Below, piece after piece: positions 8,406 to 17,198 of a stretch of 64,000 bases of DNA. The stretch is from a virus (lineage: Duplodnaviria > Caudoviricetes). Where the stretch lies: positions 1,565-65,564 of the IMG/VR virus record IMGVR_UViG_3300032007_000084; one strand, written 5' to 3'. The notes under the pieces are model-generated. The model was not told where the DNA came from. It saw nothing but the letters and a program-made list of their open reading frames with translations, and did no database searches. Each line of letters begins with the position of its first letter. The stretch's first letter is position 1. Made by a program: the position numbers and the translations under genes.

Positions 8406-9149
8406 TTGTGTAAAGAAGATGAAAAAGTTTTGTATAATAATCTCATATGGAAATTCAATCGAGACTATAAATACCCGATTTCCATTTATCGAGATGAATA
8501 CTCTGTTTTAATTCGAGATCAGGATTATGGATATTACTTCGAAGATTATGAGCATCCCATGGATCCGATTCGATTGAATAATGCATCTCAGTTTTTTGTG
8601 GGTGATCCATGGAGAGAAAATAACCCAGGGAATATGCATCAGCCATATATCAACTTTAAGCTTCGTATGCGTAGTAATCCAGATGAAGTATCGGATTTGT
8701 ATCTCTATGTATTGAGTGAAAAGGATGGCCATTTATCCTTCGATACACGAGTAACAGATCAACGTACCATGGCAGAAACATTTGCATTGATATCCGAACG
8801 ACTTTGCTTGGATATTGAGAAACGTGCTATGGAACTTCGTGATGAACTTAAACGAAAAGATGAAACTAAAGAAGAAGTTCCTACGATCCGAGAAAGAATC
8901 CATAATTTATTCCATATAAAGGAACCAAAGGAAGATATTCTCCATCGTACGAAAGAGAATCTTTTTGAGAAAGAATTCAATCTCTACACATATATTCCTC
9001 CACTGATTAAGAAGTATATGTATGAGTCAAAGAATGAAAATCTCTATAAGATGATTTCTCCTCGTACATTAATCTTCCATTTTGTATATCATCCACCGGT
9101 TGTTGAGGAACTTGATGATAACCAAGAGATTTTGATGTATGGAAGATGA
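8406..9149 (+). CDS. hypothetical protein
   Basis: 247-aa ORF directly downstream of the previous gene, with AAGGTG RBS. Confidence 0.7.
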   Translation: MCKEDEKVLYNNLIWKFNRDYKYPISIYRDEYSVLIRDQDYGYYFEDYEHPMDPIRLNNASQFFVGDPWRENNPGNMHQPYINFKLRMRSNPDEVSDLYLYVLSEKDGHLSFDTRVTDQRTMAETFALISERLCLDIEKRAMELRDELKRKDETKEEVPTIRERIHNLFHIKEPKEDILHRTKENLFEKEFNLYTYIPPLIKKYMYESKNENLYKMISPRTLIFHFVYHPPVVEELDDNQEILMYGR

Positions 9150-9301
9150 ATGGTTCTAACGGGACCTTCAAAGTTTCGTTTGACTCCATCGAATCGTAAA
9201 CATCCGAAACCAGAACCATCTGTGCTAAAAACCAATGACTCAAAACCTCTTTAAAATATATATTATCATTCTAGAAAGAAGAAAGGAGGATCCGGAGACC
9301 T

Positions 9302-9508
9302 ATGTTTGATGTTCAGCATTGGTTAGACCGTGTAGAAAAAGAGGGTCAAGTAGATTTCAAGGAAGAAGATTTCGACCATGGAGAAGATGAACTGATTGAA
9401 GAAGTCAACCATAATGGTATTCTAAACAACGTGCATTATGAAGTATCGACTGGTTTTGTACAACGGCTCGATGAAGATTCTGGTTCAATACGTATCAAAA
9501 TCGTATGA
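9302..9508 (+). CDS. hypothetical acidic early protein
   Basis: AAAGGAGG RBS. Early-promoter motif at 9255-9266. Confidence 0.7.
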   Translation: MFDVQHWLDRVEKEGQVDFKEEDFDHGEDELIEEVNHNGILNNVHYEVSTGFVQRLDEDSGSIRIKIV

Positions 9509-9574
9509 TAATTTATAATGCAGCAAACTTGTTAGTATACCAAATCCATTCATTTATTAGGAGGAAGATATATC

Positions 9575-10123
9575 ATGTCGAAATTCAATGAAGTATGGAG
9601 CGCGCTCAAGAGTGAGAACAAAGAGGCTGTCAAGGATAAGAAGTCGAAGAATGTTCCGTATTCGAAACATAAAGAGGCAATGCTCACGCAGGCTCTGCTG
9701 AACACGCCGGATTATGAGATGAATACGCTAAAGACGAAGAAAGGCGAATTCGTCAACGTTACTTCGAACCCAGTCGAAGAGTTCCGTCAGCTTATGGTTG
9801 GCAAGGTTCTTCGTGACAATGGCATTGACAAGCAGCAGGCAGAATCCGCTGCTCGTAACTATGAGTTCTCGATGCAGCAGGCACAGGCGTTCAACACGCT
9901 TTCCCGTGAGAACACGGAGCAGTTCCTGCGTGCAGGCTTTACGTATGACTTTGGTCATAAGAATGATTTCAATGGCCAGATTCGTATGCAGCATGTCCCG
10001 GCACGCGATGTTACTGCAAAGGTTCCTGGCACGGGTGAGATTACCAAGACACATGAAGATGAACATTACGTCATCGTGAAGAAGTCTGGCACGCCTCGTT
10101 GCTGCAAGACGAAACTTCAGTAA
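9575..10123 (+). CDS. hypothetical protein, likely highly expressed
   Basis: AGGAGG RBS and strongly biased codons (cgt, aag, acg, ttc). Confidence 0.8.
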   Translation: MSKFNEVWSALKSENKEAVKDKKSKNVPYSKHKEAMLTQALLNTPDYEMNTLKTKKGEFVNVTSNPVEEFRQLMVGKVLRDNGIDKQQAESAARNYEFSMQQAQAFNTLSRENTEQFLRAGFTYDFGHKNDFNGQIRMQHVPARDVTAKVPGTGEITKTHEDEHYVIVKKSGTPRCCKTKLQ

Positions 10124-10233
10124 TTCCTAACATGGCATATGGAAATCCATACCCGTTCAAGATATGAATGGGTATGGATTTTTTTTTGATTTTAATTGAT
10201 AAAAACTTACTTATAAAAAGGAGTTTTATATAT

Positions 10234-10671
10234 ATGCAAGCTTATACAAGACCTGATTGGGAGCATTACTATCTTGGAGTTGCACAGGCAGTTTCTAGAC
10301 GGTCTTCATGCTTACGCCGTAAGTATGGAGTTGTAATCGTTAAGGATAATCATATCGTATCAACCGGATATAATGGTTCTCCGAAAGGAGTTGCGAATTG
10401 TTGTGATACTGGAATTTGTGTCAGAAAGGAAAATAAAATTCCTCATGGAGAGAGATATGAGCTTTGTGACGGAGTTCACGGAGAAACTAACGCAATGATT
10501 AAAGCTTCTCCTGAAGAATTACAAGGTGCAACTTTATACCTTTATGGTTATGACATTGAGTTGGGTAAGACCATTGATGCTGTTCCGTGTATTATGTGTG
10601 AGAGAAATCTTAAAAACTCTGGGATTGAAAAAATCATCGGATCAAAATTCGATGAAAATTATCTTTCATAA
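10234..10671 (+). CDS. dCMP deaminase (cytidine/deoxycytidylate deaminase family)
   Basis: RPDWEHYYL..A..VS.RSSC.RR..G.VIVKD..IVSTGYNGSP, with Zn motifs HGE and PCIMC. Confidence 0.92.
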   Translation: MQAYTRPDWEHYYLGVAQAVSRRSSCLRRKYGVVIVKDNHIVSTGYNGSPKGVANCCDTGICVRKENKIPHGERYELCDGVHGETNAMIKASPEELQGATLYLYGYDIELGKTIDAVPCIMCERNLKNSGIEKIIGSKFDENYLS

Positions 10672-10782
10672 AAAATTATAAAGTATAGCATTTATTTGCT
10701 ATACTTTATTTTTTATTTTTATTCACAGCTTTGTAAGATTATACTATACTAAATTTTTTTATTAAAGGTAGGTGAAATTTCA

Positions 10783-11253
10783 ATGAGTGCGAGGTTAATC
10801 CCTGATACATCAGAAGAACTTGGTGAACTGGATTTTGGAATGGATGGTTTTCGGAAACAGAAAGTATTACGAGGCGTCAATGCGTATGCAAGACTCGTTG
10901 ATCGTTTACTTCGGAAACGGAAAGGAACGACTCCTTCTGAACCAGATATGGGAATTGATTTAGAGTCGTATCGTTTTGCAGATATTGATTCGCTTGTTGC
11001 TGGAAGCCTACAGAATGTCATACAGAATCAAATCTCGAAGTATATTCCTGGGATTCCCTTGAATACGATTAATATTAGTACAATGAAAGTAAGAAATTCA
11101 ACGGTACTCTATATTACCATTGAACTTCTTCAGGATAAAACGAAACTTACCCTTTCCTACTTACAGAAGAAACGTTCGATTGTAAGTATGCAGGTGAATG
11201 TAGAAAAGCAATCTTATATCAATGCGCAGAAGAAAACTTCTGATGATGCATAA
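10783..11253 (+). CDS. baseplate wedge protein, T4 gp25-like
   Basis: LLRKRKGTTPSEPDMGIDLESYRF pattern, typical size, and late-promoter motif at 10724-10735. Confidence 0.6.
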   Translation: MSARLIPDTSEELGELDFGMDGFRKQKVLRGVNAYARLVDRLLRKRKGTTPSEPDMGIDLESYRFADIDSLVAGSLQNVIQNQISKYIPGIPLNTINISTMKVRNSTVLYITIELLQDKTKLTLSYLQKKRSIVSMQVNVEKQSYINAQKKTSDDA

Positions 11254-11302
11254 AAAGTTTCATGAAAATAAAATCGTTTAAAAGAAAGGATTACGGTAAA
11301 TT

Positions 11303-12934
11303 ATGGCTGAGAATTTGAAAGATCTGAAAGACCTTACAACGCAGGATGAGGATGAAAAGATTCTGGAGCGTGCTCGTATGAAAGAAGACGAGAAGGATGA
11401 AAAGAACGACGATAAAGTCGAAACGATCCAGAATGATAATGATTCCGTTGGTCTGATCATTGATGACGATGATGAAGATGAAGCTCCTGCAAAAGAGGAC
11501 GAAGACGAAAAGAAGTATGATGGAAAAGGTGTTGTCATTGAGAAGACAACGGAAGAGAAAGATCCAAAAGGTGTCGTGGTTGGTCCCATGGCATCGGAAG
11601 ATCGTCGTGGTGAAGTAGAAGCTCGTTTGAGCGAAATGGATCAGCAGATTGCGGAACAGCGTGAAATTGCTGAGAAGCGTGTGAAAGATGGTTCTGCTCC
11701 GAAGATGGAAGTGAACGATCCGAATGCTTCGGAAGATATTAAGAAGCATAATCGTTCTGTTCGTGATGAAGAGAAGAAAGAAGCGGAAGAGAAGAAGGAT
11801 GCATCGAATAAGATTGATCCTTCGGATTCCATTCAGGTGATCATTGATAAGTCTGGTATGGGTTCTTATGAATTCACCCCGGAGGAGAAGAAACGTATTT
11901 CTCTTTCGAAACGTATCCATGTAGTGGAAGTTGAAGATCGTTCTCTGAAGACTCTGAATGTCAAGAAGAATCTCTCGAAGAAGACGGATTTCAAGATTCT
12001 GAAACGGAATTTTGATAAATCCTATTCGGCAGTGGTTGCTCTTGCATCGGGTTATACGTGCAAGATGAAGAATCTCTCTGCTCAGGAGAGTATCCGTATG
12101 TATCAGAGCCCTGGCGATGATACGGCAAATTCGATCTTGGATAAGTGGTCCGTTATCTATGATAAAATGACGGATGTTTCTACAGGGGATTTCAAAGACT
12201 TTGAAGACTTCTGCAAGAATACGGCATTCATGGATTATGATTCCTTCCTCTATGCTCTGATTTGCTCCTCGTATCCAGAGGATGATAGCATCACCTTTAC
12301 CTGCAATAAGGATAATGGTGGATGTGGAAAAGAGTTTACGTTCAAGTATCAGAATAAGCAGATGATTCGTACAGATCTCATTTCGGATGATACGAAGGCA
12401 GTTGTTTCGAAGATTGTCAATGCATCTGCTTTCCAGGATAAAGCGAAAGAGGTTGCTGAGGAATCTCCGGTTCATTGCACGAAACGTTTCTTACTGGATG
12501 AGAACTCCAATATCATTGTGGAAATCTATGTTCCGAGCGTATATGAGACGGTGGAAAATGTCTTCCGCAAGATGCAAGACAATCGTGATCTTGTGAAGGA
12601 AGATAATCGTACTTCCGTTGTCATTGCGCAGTCGATCAAAGCAATGTATATCCCTGATTATGAAGCACTGGAAGAGAATCCGGATGCAGAGATCAGCTAT
12701 TACAAAGTGACAGATCTGGAAACGCTTGTGGATATTATCAATCAGATGGATGAGATCCAGGTTCAGATTGTTTGGAAGCAGATTGATAAGTTCACTCGTC
12801 CGTATATGCTGAAGTTTGGCTTCAAGGATATTGAATGCCCGAATTGCCATAAGTCTTGGGGCGAGTATGATATGCAATTGGATAGTGCAATTTTTCGACG
12901 TGTTCAGGCGAGAATCAACACCGAGATCGAGTAA
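11303..12934 (+). CDS. baseplate hub / tail assembly chaperone-like protein (T4 gp26/gp51-like)
   Basis: Acidic disordered N-terminus, CNKDNGGC and C-terminal ECPNC metal-binding motifs, located in the baseplate block. Confidence 0.5.
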   Translation: MAENLKDLKDLTTQDEDEKILERARMKEDEKDEKNDDKVETIQNDNDSVGLIIDDDDEDEAPAKEDEDEKKYDGKGVVIEKTTEEKDPKGVVVGPMASEDRRGEVEARLSEMDQQIAEQREIAEKRVKDGSAPKMEVNDPNASEDIKKHNRSVRDEEKKEAEEKKDASNKIDPSDSIQVIIDKSGMGSYEFTPEEKKRISLSKRIHVVEVEDRSLKTLNVKKNLSKKTDFKILKRNFDKSYSAVVALASGYTCKMKNLSAQESIRMYQSPGDDTANSILDKWSVIYDKMTDVSTGDFKDFEDFCKNTAFMDYDSFLYALICSSYPEDDSITFTCNKDNGGCGKEFTFKYQNKQMIRTDLISDDTKAVVSKIVNASAFQDKAKEVAEESPVHCTKRFLLDENSNIIVEIYVPSVYETVENVFRKMQDNRDLVKEDNRTSVVIAQSIKAMYIPDYEALEENPDAEISYYKVTDLETLVDIINQMDEIQVQIVWKQIDKFTRPYMLKFGFKDIECPNCHKSWGEYDMQLDSAIFRRVQARINTEIE

Positions 12935-12948
12935 AAAGTTGGCATTTC

Positions 12949-13149
12949 TTGATCGACCACACGGCGGAACTCTTCAAGGGAGAACTCGGATCGATTCACG
13001 AGATCGAATCCGAGTATTCTCTCAAGGAGATTACCGAGTATCGAGACGTTCGAACGAAACGCAAAGCAGAAGAAGCAGAGCGTCAGAAAGAAGAAGAACG
13101 AAAGATGCAGCGTGAACAGAAACGTCAGCAGGCACAAATGCGCCGTTAA
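12949..13149 (+). CDS. small tail-assembly-associated protein
   Basis: TTG-start 66-aa ORF directly after the previous gene, with charged C-terminal helix. Confidence 0.55.
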   Translation: MIDHTAELFKGELGSIHEIESEYSLKEITEYRDVRTKRKAEEAERQKEEERKMQREQKRQQAQMRR

Positions 13150-13192
13150 ATATTACTTATCTTGCGTCTGAACTACGGGTGGTGAAAAGTAG

Positions 13193-13552
13193 GTGAAAAA
13201 GAATCGAATCGTTGTTTTTAATCGAGTAACATCCGGTGGAGAACTAGATGATGCTAGTGTCTTTGAATCACTCGTTGGAGATCATTATGAACACTTTTGC
13301 TATCTATATAACATCATAGCAGAAAATGGATTCATTGATTTCATTGACGATATTAAGTGTAAGATTCAAAAAGATCGTATTCAGTTCAAAATTCGACTGA
13401 ATATATCTTTCGATGATACGTTAGAAAAACAACTCAATCAAAATGTAATGGATGCATCCTTGGGTGGATTGGAAACTCTTTGTGAGAATCACGGAGATAA
13501 AGAGTTGGTTATTTCTGTCTCAGGAGATGAAATTCCATTCTTTGAACCATAA
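13193..13552 (+). CDS. hypothetical protein
   Basis: 119-aa GTG-start ORF ending at a convergent terminator. Confidence 0.6.
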   Translation: MKKNRIVVFNRVTSGGELDDASVFESLVGDHYEHFCYLYNIIAENGFIDFIDDIKCKIQKDRIQFKIRLNISFDDTLEKQLNQNVMDASLGGLETLCENHGDKELVISVSGDEIPFFEP

Positions 13553-13555
13553 AGG

Positions 13556-13600
13556 AAAGATAGAAAGAAGAAGTTATGAAACTCTTCTTTCTATCTTTCT
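13556..13600. terminator. bidirectional terminator
   Basis: gaaagatagaaagaagaa / cttctttctatctttc inverted repeat between convergent genes. Confidence 0.7.
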
Positions 13601-13612
13601 TAACGCTGATGA

Positions 13613-14236
13613 TCAGTACATGATATCTGCATCATATTCGTGACCACCAATATTGTATTTATCCGTCCATTGCCAGATAAAGGCTTTCAAATCATCGTTA
13701 TCTGTATCAGGCGTTTCATTATCATTCTGGAACTCTGCATTCCATACCGGACGATTCAGAGAACGCCAATCAATCTTTCCAGTGCCAGAACGAATTTCTT
13801 GTTCTAACCAACTATAAGAAGCATAAATTCCTCCATGGAGATCTCCAATATGAGAAAGGAATGCCTTACACTGAGCAGTTGCAGTTTCTCCCATGAAGTC
13901 ATATCCATGACGATCTTTCCATCCATCCGCATCTTCCATATCATAGAAGAGAGGAAGTTCCAAAAGAACGCCTGCTTTTTCAATGGCTTCTTTTGCATTC
14001 AAAGCATTTTGAATAGCTCCTTCTACATCTACGCTGTAGTCATAGTGGTATGCACCAACTTTCAACCCAGCATTGTATGCATGGGCTGCATAAATTGGGA
14101 ATGCTTCATCTTTACTCATCTGACCATAGGAACAACGAACGATACAAAAAGAAAAACCAAGTGCTTTTACTTCATCCCAATCAGGCTCTGGATTCAGTTC
14201 AGAAATATCAAATCCATATTTCAGCATATTGAACAT
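13613..14236 (-). CDS. GH25 muramidase (endolysin), catalytic domain only
   Basis: GFDISE, DWDEVK..GFSFCIVRCSYG, GLKVGAYHY, LFYDME (DxE), IWQWT. No cell-wall-binding domain. Confidence 0.9.
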   Translation of the reverse strand: MFNMLKYGFDISELNPEPDWDEVKALGFSFCIVRCSYGQMSKDEAFPIYAAHAYNAGLKVGAYHYDYSVDVEGAIQNALNAKEAIEKAGVLLELPLFYDMEDADGWKDRHGYDFMGETATAQCKAFLSHIGDLHGGIYASYSWLEQEIRSGTGKIDWRSLNRPVWNAEFQNDNETPDTDNDDLKAFIWQWTDKYNIGGHEYDADIMY

Positions 14237-14711
14237 CCTTTCTATATATCATTATAGCGTTGTCAGAGAAAAAAAAAGAAGCGGGAATGGGTTTGAATTT
14301 ATTTTTCATGAATTTTTCGTACCCGCTTCTTTTTTCTTCTAATAAATTTTTTGAATTCTCTCAAGCAGGAAGGTTTTAGTCAGTTACATATGTATCGTTA
14401 TCCCAATCCATTGTAACTCACCTCCTTCCTACTGGAGATGATTGTAATAGCCGCATTGAAAGGTTTTAAATATTCCTTTCGCGGCTTCTTACAAATGTCG
14501 CTAATTCCGTTACAGAATTTCGCGACTGCAATTTTGATTCCTCCTTTCATGATAGTCATAGAACCACCCCTTCCATGGATCAACATAATCACGGGATTGT
14601 AATTATGATATAAGATACCTGCTTCTCTTATACGCATAAATAATATATATTTAGATTCTTTGATAAATGATTTTGTTTCACAAGAGGATAAAAAGGAAGG
14701 TGTTATACTAT

Positions 14712-16113
14712 ATGAAGATTACACTTCTGAATATTGATAAATTCGTAGAAGCAAATCAACTGGAACGAGTAACCAATCCGATCGTTCTTGACCATACATA
14801 TAAACCAACTGTAGATGGAATTCTCTCTACAGAGATTTTTGGGTCAACGATTCATGCTCGTCGGAACACATTTGCTTATATTGATCTGAATTGTCATGTA
14901 TTACAACCTTTGATCTATAAACAGATGAAGCGATTAGATCGTCGTATTGATGATATTCTCTCTGGAGTGAAAATGTATATCATCGATAAAGATGGTCAAC
15001 TCGTAGAAGATGAAAAAGGCCATACGGGTTCTGAGTGGTTATATGCCAATTGGAATAAGATCAAGTATAAGCATAACAATTCTCCCGAGCATAATACGCG
15101 AGTAGATTTGTTAAACTCTTGCTCCAGGGATCAAATCTTTCAATCGAAAGAGATTGTAATTCCAGCATTCTATCGAGACGTGAATATTCACTCCAATACA
15201 TCTTCAAAACCAGCCATTGAGAAGATCAATGCTCCATATAGTAAGTTGATCCGTTTTGCAGAAATGCTTTCTCAGGGTGATTTTACCTTCAATCTGAATT
15301 ATAACCGCTATCAGATTCAAAAGACGGTGGTTGAGATTTATGATGAATTGAAATCTCGCATTGAGAAGAAGCGTGGATTGATTCGTCAATCCCTTATGGG
15401 TAAATCTGTGGATTATGGTACACGAGTTGTTATTTCGTCTCCGAAGTTTACGGCAGAACGTCCTTCGGAAATGATGGTTGATTTCTTCCATGCGGGTGTT
15501 CCACTTTCATATTGTATTTCTTGCTTTACTCCGTTCTTTGTAGGATGGATTCAGAAGTTCTTAAGCAATGAGTTTGAACGTACTGGTATGAAATATCCAT
15601 ATTACAATACAAAGACGAAGCAAGTAGAACGATTGAAAGTAAAGGATCCATTGATTCAGTTCAACCAAGAAAAAGTGGAAGATATGATGCAGTTATTCAT
15701 CAAATCTCCTTCGAATCGCTTTGATCCAATTATGGTTGAAATGGAAGATGGAGATAAGGAAGCATACCCTATGAAGTTTGGTGGTTTCCAAAGTTCATTA
15801 GGTGATGCGCCAGTAGATCCAGAGAAACAGCGTTACTTCACGTACACGGATCTTTTCTATATGGCAGCGATGGATATTACAAAGGATAAGCATATTTACA
15901 TTACGCGATATCCAATTGCTGGTTTTATGTCAATCTTCCCGATTCGTGTATCTGTTCTTACAACGATGGATACCGTTCATATGAAGATTGGCGATCAAGA
16001 ATTCAAAACATATCCAAAGGTAGATCTTTCCATTCCAAAGGAAAATGTTCCGGATCAATTCATTGAAGTTGTAAATATGCAGAATACATACTTGGATGCA
16101 ATTGGCGGTGACT
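14712..16113 (+). CDS. phage multisubunit RNAP beta' subunit (probably virion RNAP), exon 1
   Basis: GILSTEIFG, VIPAFYRD, LMGKSVDYGTRVVISSP, TRYPI. Ends IGGD+t at the intron. Late-promoter motif at 14679-14690. Confidence 0.88.
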
Positions 16114-16377
16114 TAACAAAATAGGTCCATATATCAGTAATGATGTATGCAAAGCTATCTAATTGCTGGAAACTCTCATTAGAGACAATCAGCAGCCAAG
16201 CTCTAGGTAACTAGAGAAGGTTCAACGACTATTCCGAAAGGAAGTACACGCAAGTGGGTGGAAATGGTAGCCATCCTATTTACATATAGGATGAAGATAT
16301 AGTCTGCTCTATATGGTGACATATAGCAGTTCATAAGAGAACGCATATAGATTAACGACCTATATGGAACACAAAGG
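16114..16377 (+). ncRNA. group I intron (IA2-like, ORF-less, 264 nt)
   Basis: P (aattgctggaaa), Q (aatcagcagc), R (gttcaacgacta), S (aagatatagtct), P7.1/P7.2 hairpins, U.G at the 5' splice site (gact/ggtc) and terminal G. Removal restores GGD-Y-DGDQ. Confidence 0.92.
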
Positions 16378-16568
16378 ATGACGGTGATCAGATTACGGTG
16401 AAGGGTGTCTTTTCACAAGAAGCCAATGCTGAGGCTGAACGTATTATGCATAGTATGGTCAATATCGCAAGTCCAAATTCAACAGCGACACGAACGACAA
16501 CAATTGAAGCAATCCAAACGTGCTATTCAGTGACCCGTTGGGGAGATCCGAAAGAAGTGAAATTTTGA
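16378..16568 (+). CDS. RNAP beta' (virion type), exon 2
   Basis: After splicing reads YDGDQITVKGVFSQEANAEAERIMHSMVNI...EAIQTCYSVTRWGDPKEVKF*. Confidence 0.88.
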
Positions 16569-17077
16569 TGAAGAAATGGAAACGTATAAAAATAAATGAT
16601 TATAAAACTAACTATGAGGTTAGCGTATCAGGAGAAGTACGAAATATTTTTAATAAAGATTCTAATTTGGTTCAATATACAAATAAAGGATACAAGTTTG
16701 TATATTTGTATGGTATAAAAAATGCTACAAATAAACGTCATCGAAAGAAAATGTATGTTCATCGTTTGGTTGCAATTGCATTTTTAAAGAATCCTTTGAA
16801 TTTACCATGCGTAAACCATATTGATCATAACCGTTCAAATAATGATTTATCGAATCTTGAATGGGTTACTGATAGCGATAATATGTATGATATTTATGAT
16901 GGAGGATATAATTCAATTGCACTTTCAACGAAACAGGTAAAGAAAATTTGTATCATGCTTTCATTTCAAATTCCAATGAATTTGATCTCGCTATATCTAA
17001 ATATTCCATATTCAAGAATAAAAGATATTAAACAAAGGAGAGCATGGAAACGAATTTCTAAAGATTATGAGTTCTAA
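16568..17077 (+). CDS. free-standing NUMOD4-HNH homing endonuclease
   Basis: MKKWKRI...YEVSVSGEVRN (NUMOD4) and HRLVAIAFL.NP.NLPCVNHIDHNRSNNDLSNLEWVT (HNH). Start overlaps the RNAP stop (TGATG). Confidence 0.9.
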   Translation: MKKWKRIKINDYKTNYEVSVSGEVRNIFNKDSNLVQYTNKGYKFVYLYGIKNATNKRHRKKMYVHRLVAIAFLKNPLNLPCVNHIDHNRSNNDLSNLEWVTDSDNMYDIYDGGYNSIALSTKQVKKICIMLSFQIPMNLISLYLNIPYSRIKDIKQRRAWKRISKDYEF

Positions 17078-17082
17078 TATCA

Positions 17083-17120
17083 ATCCTAGATCGTATATTC
17101 GTACGATCTAGGATTTTATT
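17083..17120 (+). terminator. intrinsic terminator-like hairpin
   Basis: aatcctagatcgta / tacgatctaggatt followed by a T-rich run. Confidence 0.7.
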
Positions 17121-17143
17121 TTCTATGCAGCATTATGGATCCT

Positions 17144-17155
17144 GACATTTTGGTA
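17144..17155 (+). promoter_or_regulatory. putative late (non-virion-RNAP) promoter NACA-N6-TA (representative copy)
   Basis: Copies upstream of genes at 332, 2633, 10724, 14679, 17144 and 32877 (+), and at 14253, 38057, 43600, 45410, 47526, 52869 and 55086 (-). Resembles the AR9 late consensus AACA-N6-TA. Confidence 0.65.
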
Positions 17156-17198
17156 ACTGGTAAAAGGTTTGCCAAATCCTGTAGAAAGGAGAACGACT

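Noticed and set aside
11291-12475. Long antisense ORFs (also 36706-37962, 48144-49073, 60178-61194, 61552-62664 and many shorter ones)
   Set aside because: They are shadow frames opposite real genes with biased codons (I/F/L/R-rich translations, no RBS or motifs).
16113-16124. Stop-codon reassignment to explain truncated RNAP ORFs (TAG 16122, TAA 58287)
   Set aside because: Both stops lie inside group I introns. Other genes are intact in the standard code and end in TAA, TGA or TAG.
16568-17077. HNH as intron-encoded ORF with a further RNAP exon downstream
   Set aside because: No group I core flanks it, and a terminator and the next gene follow directly.
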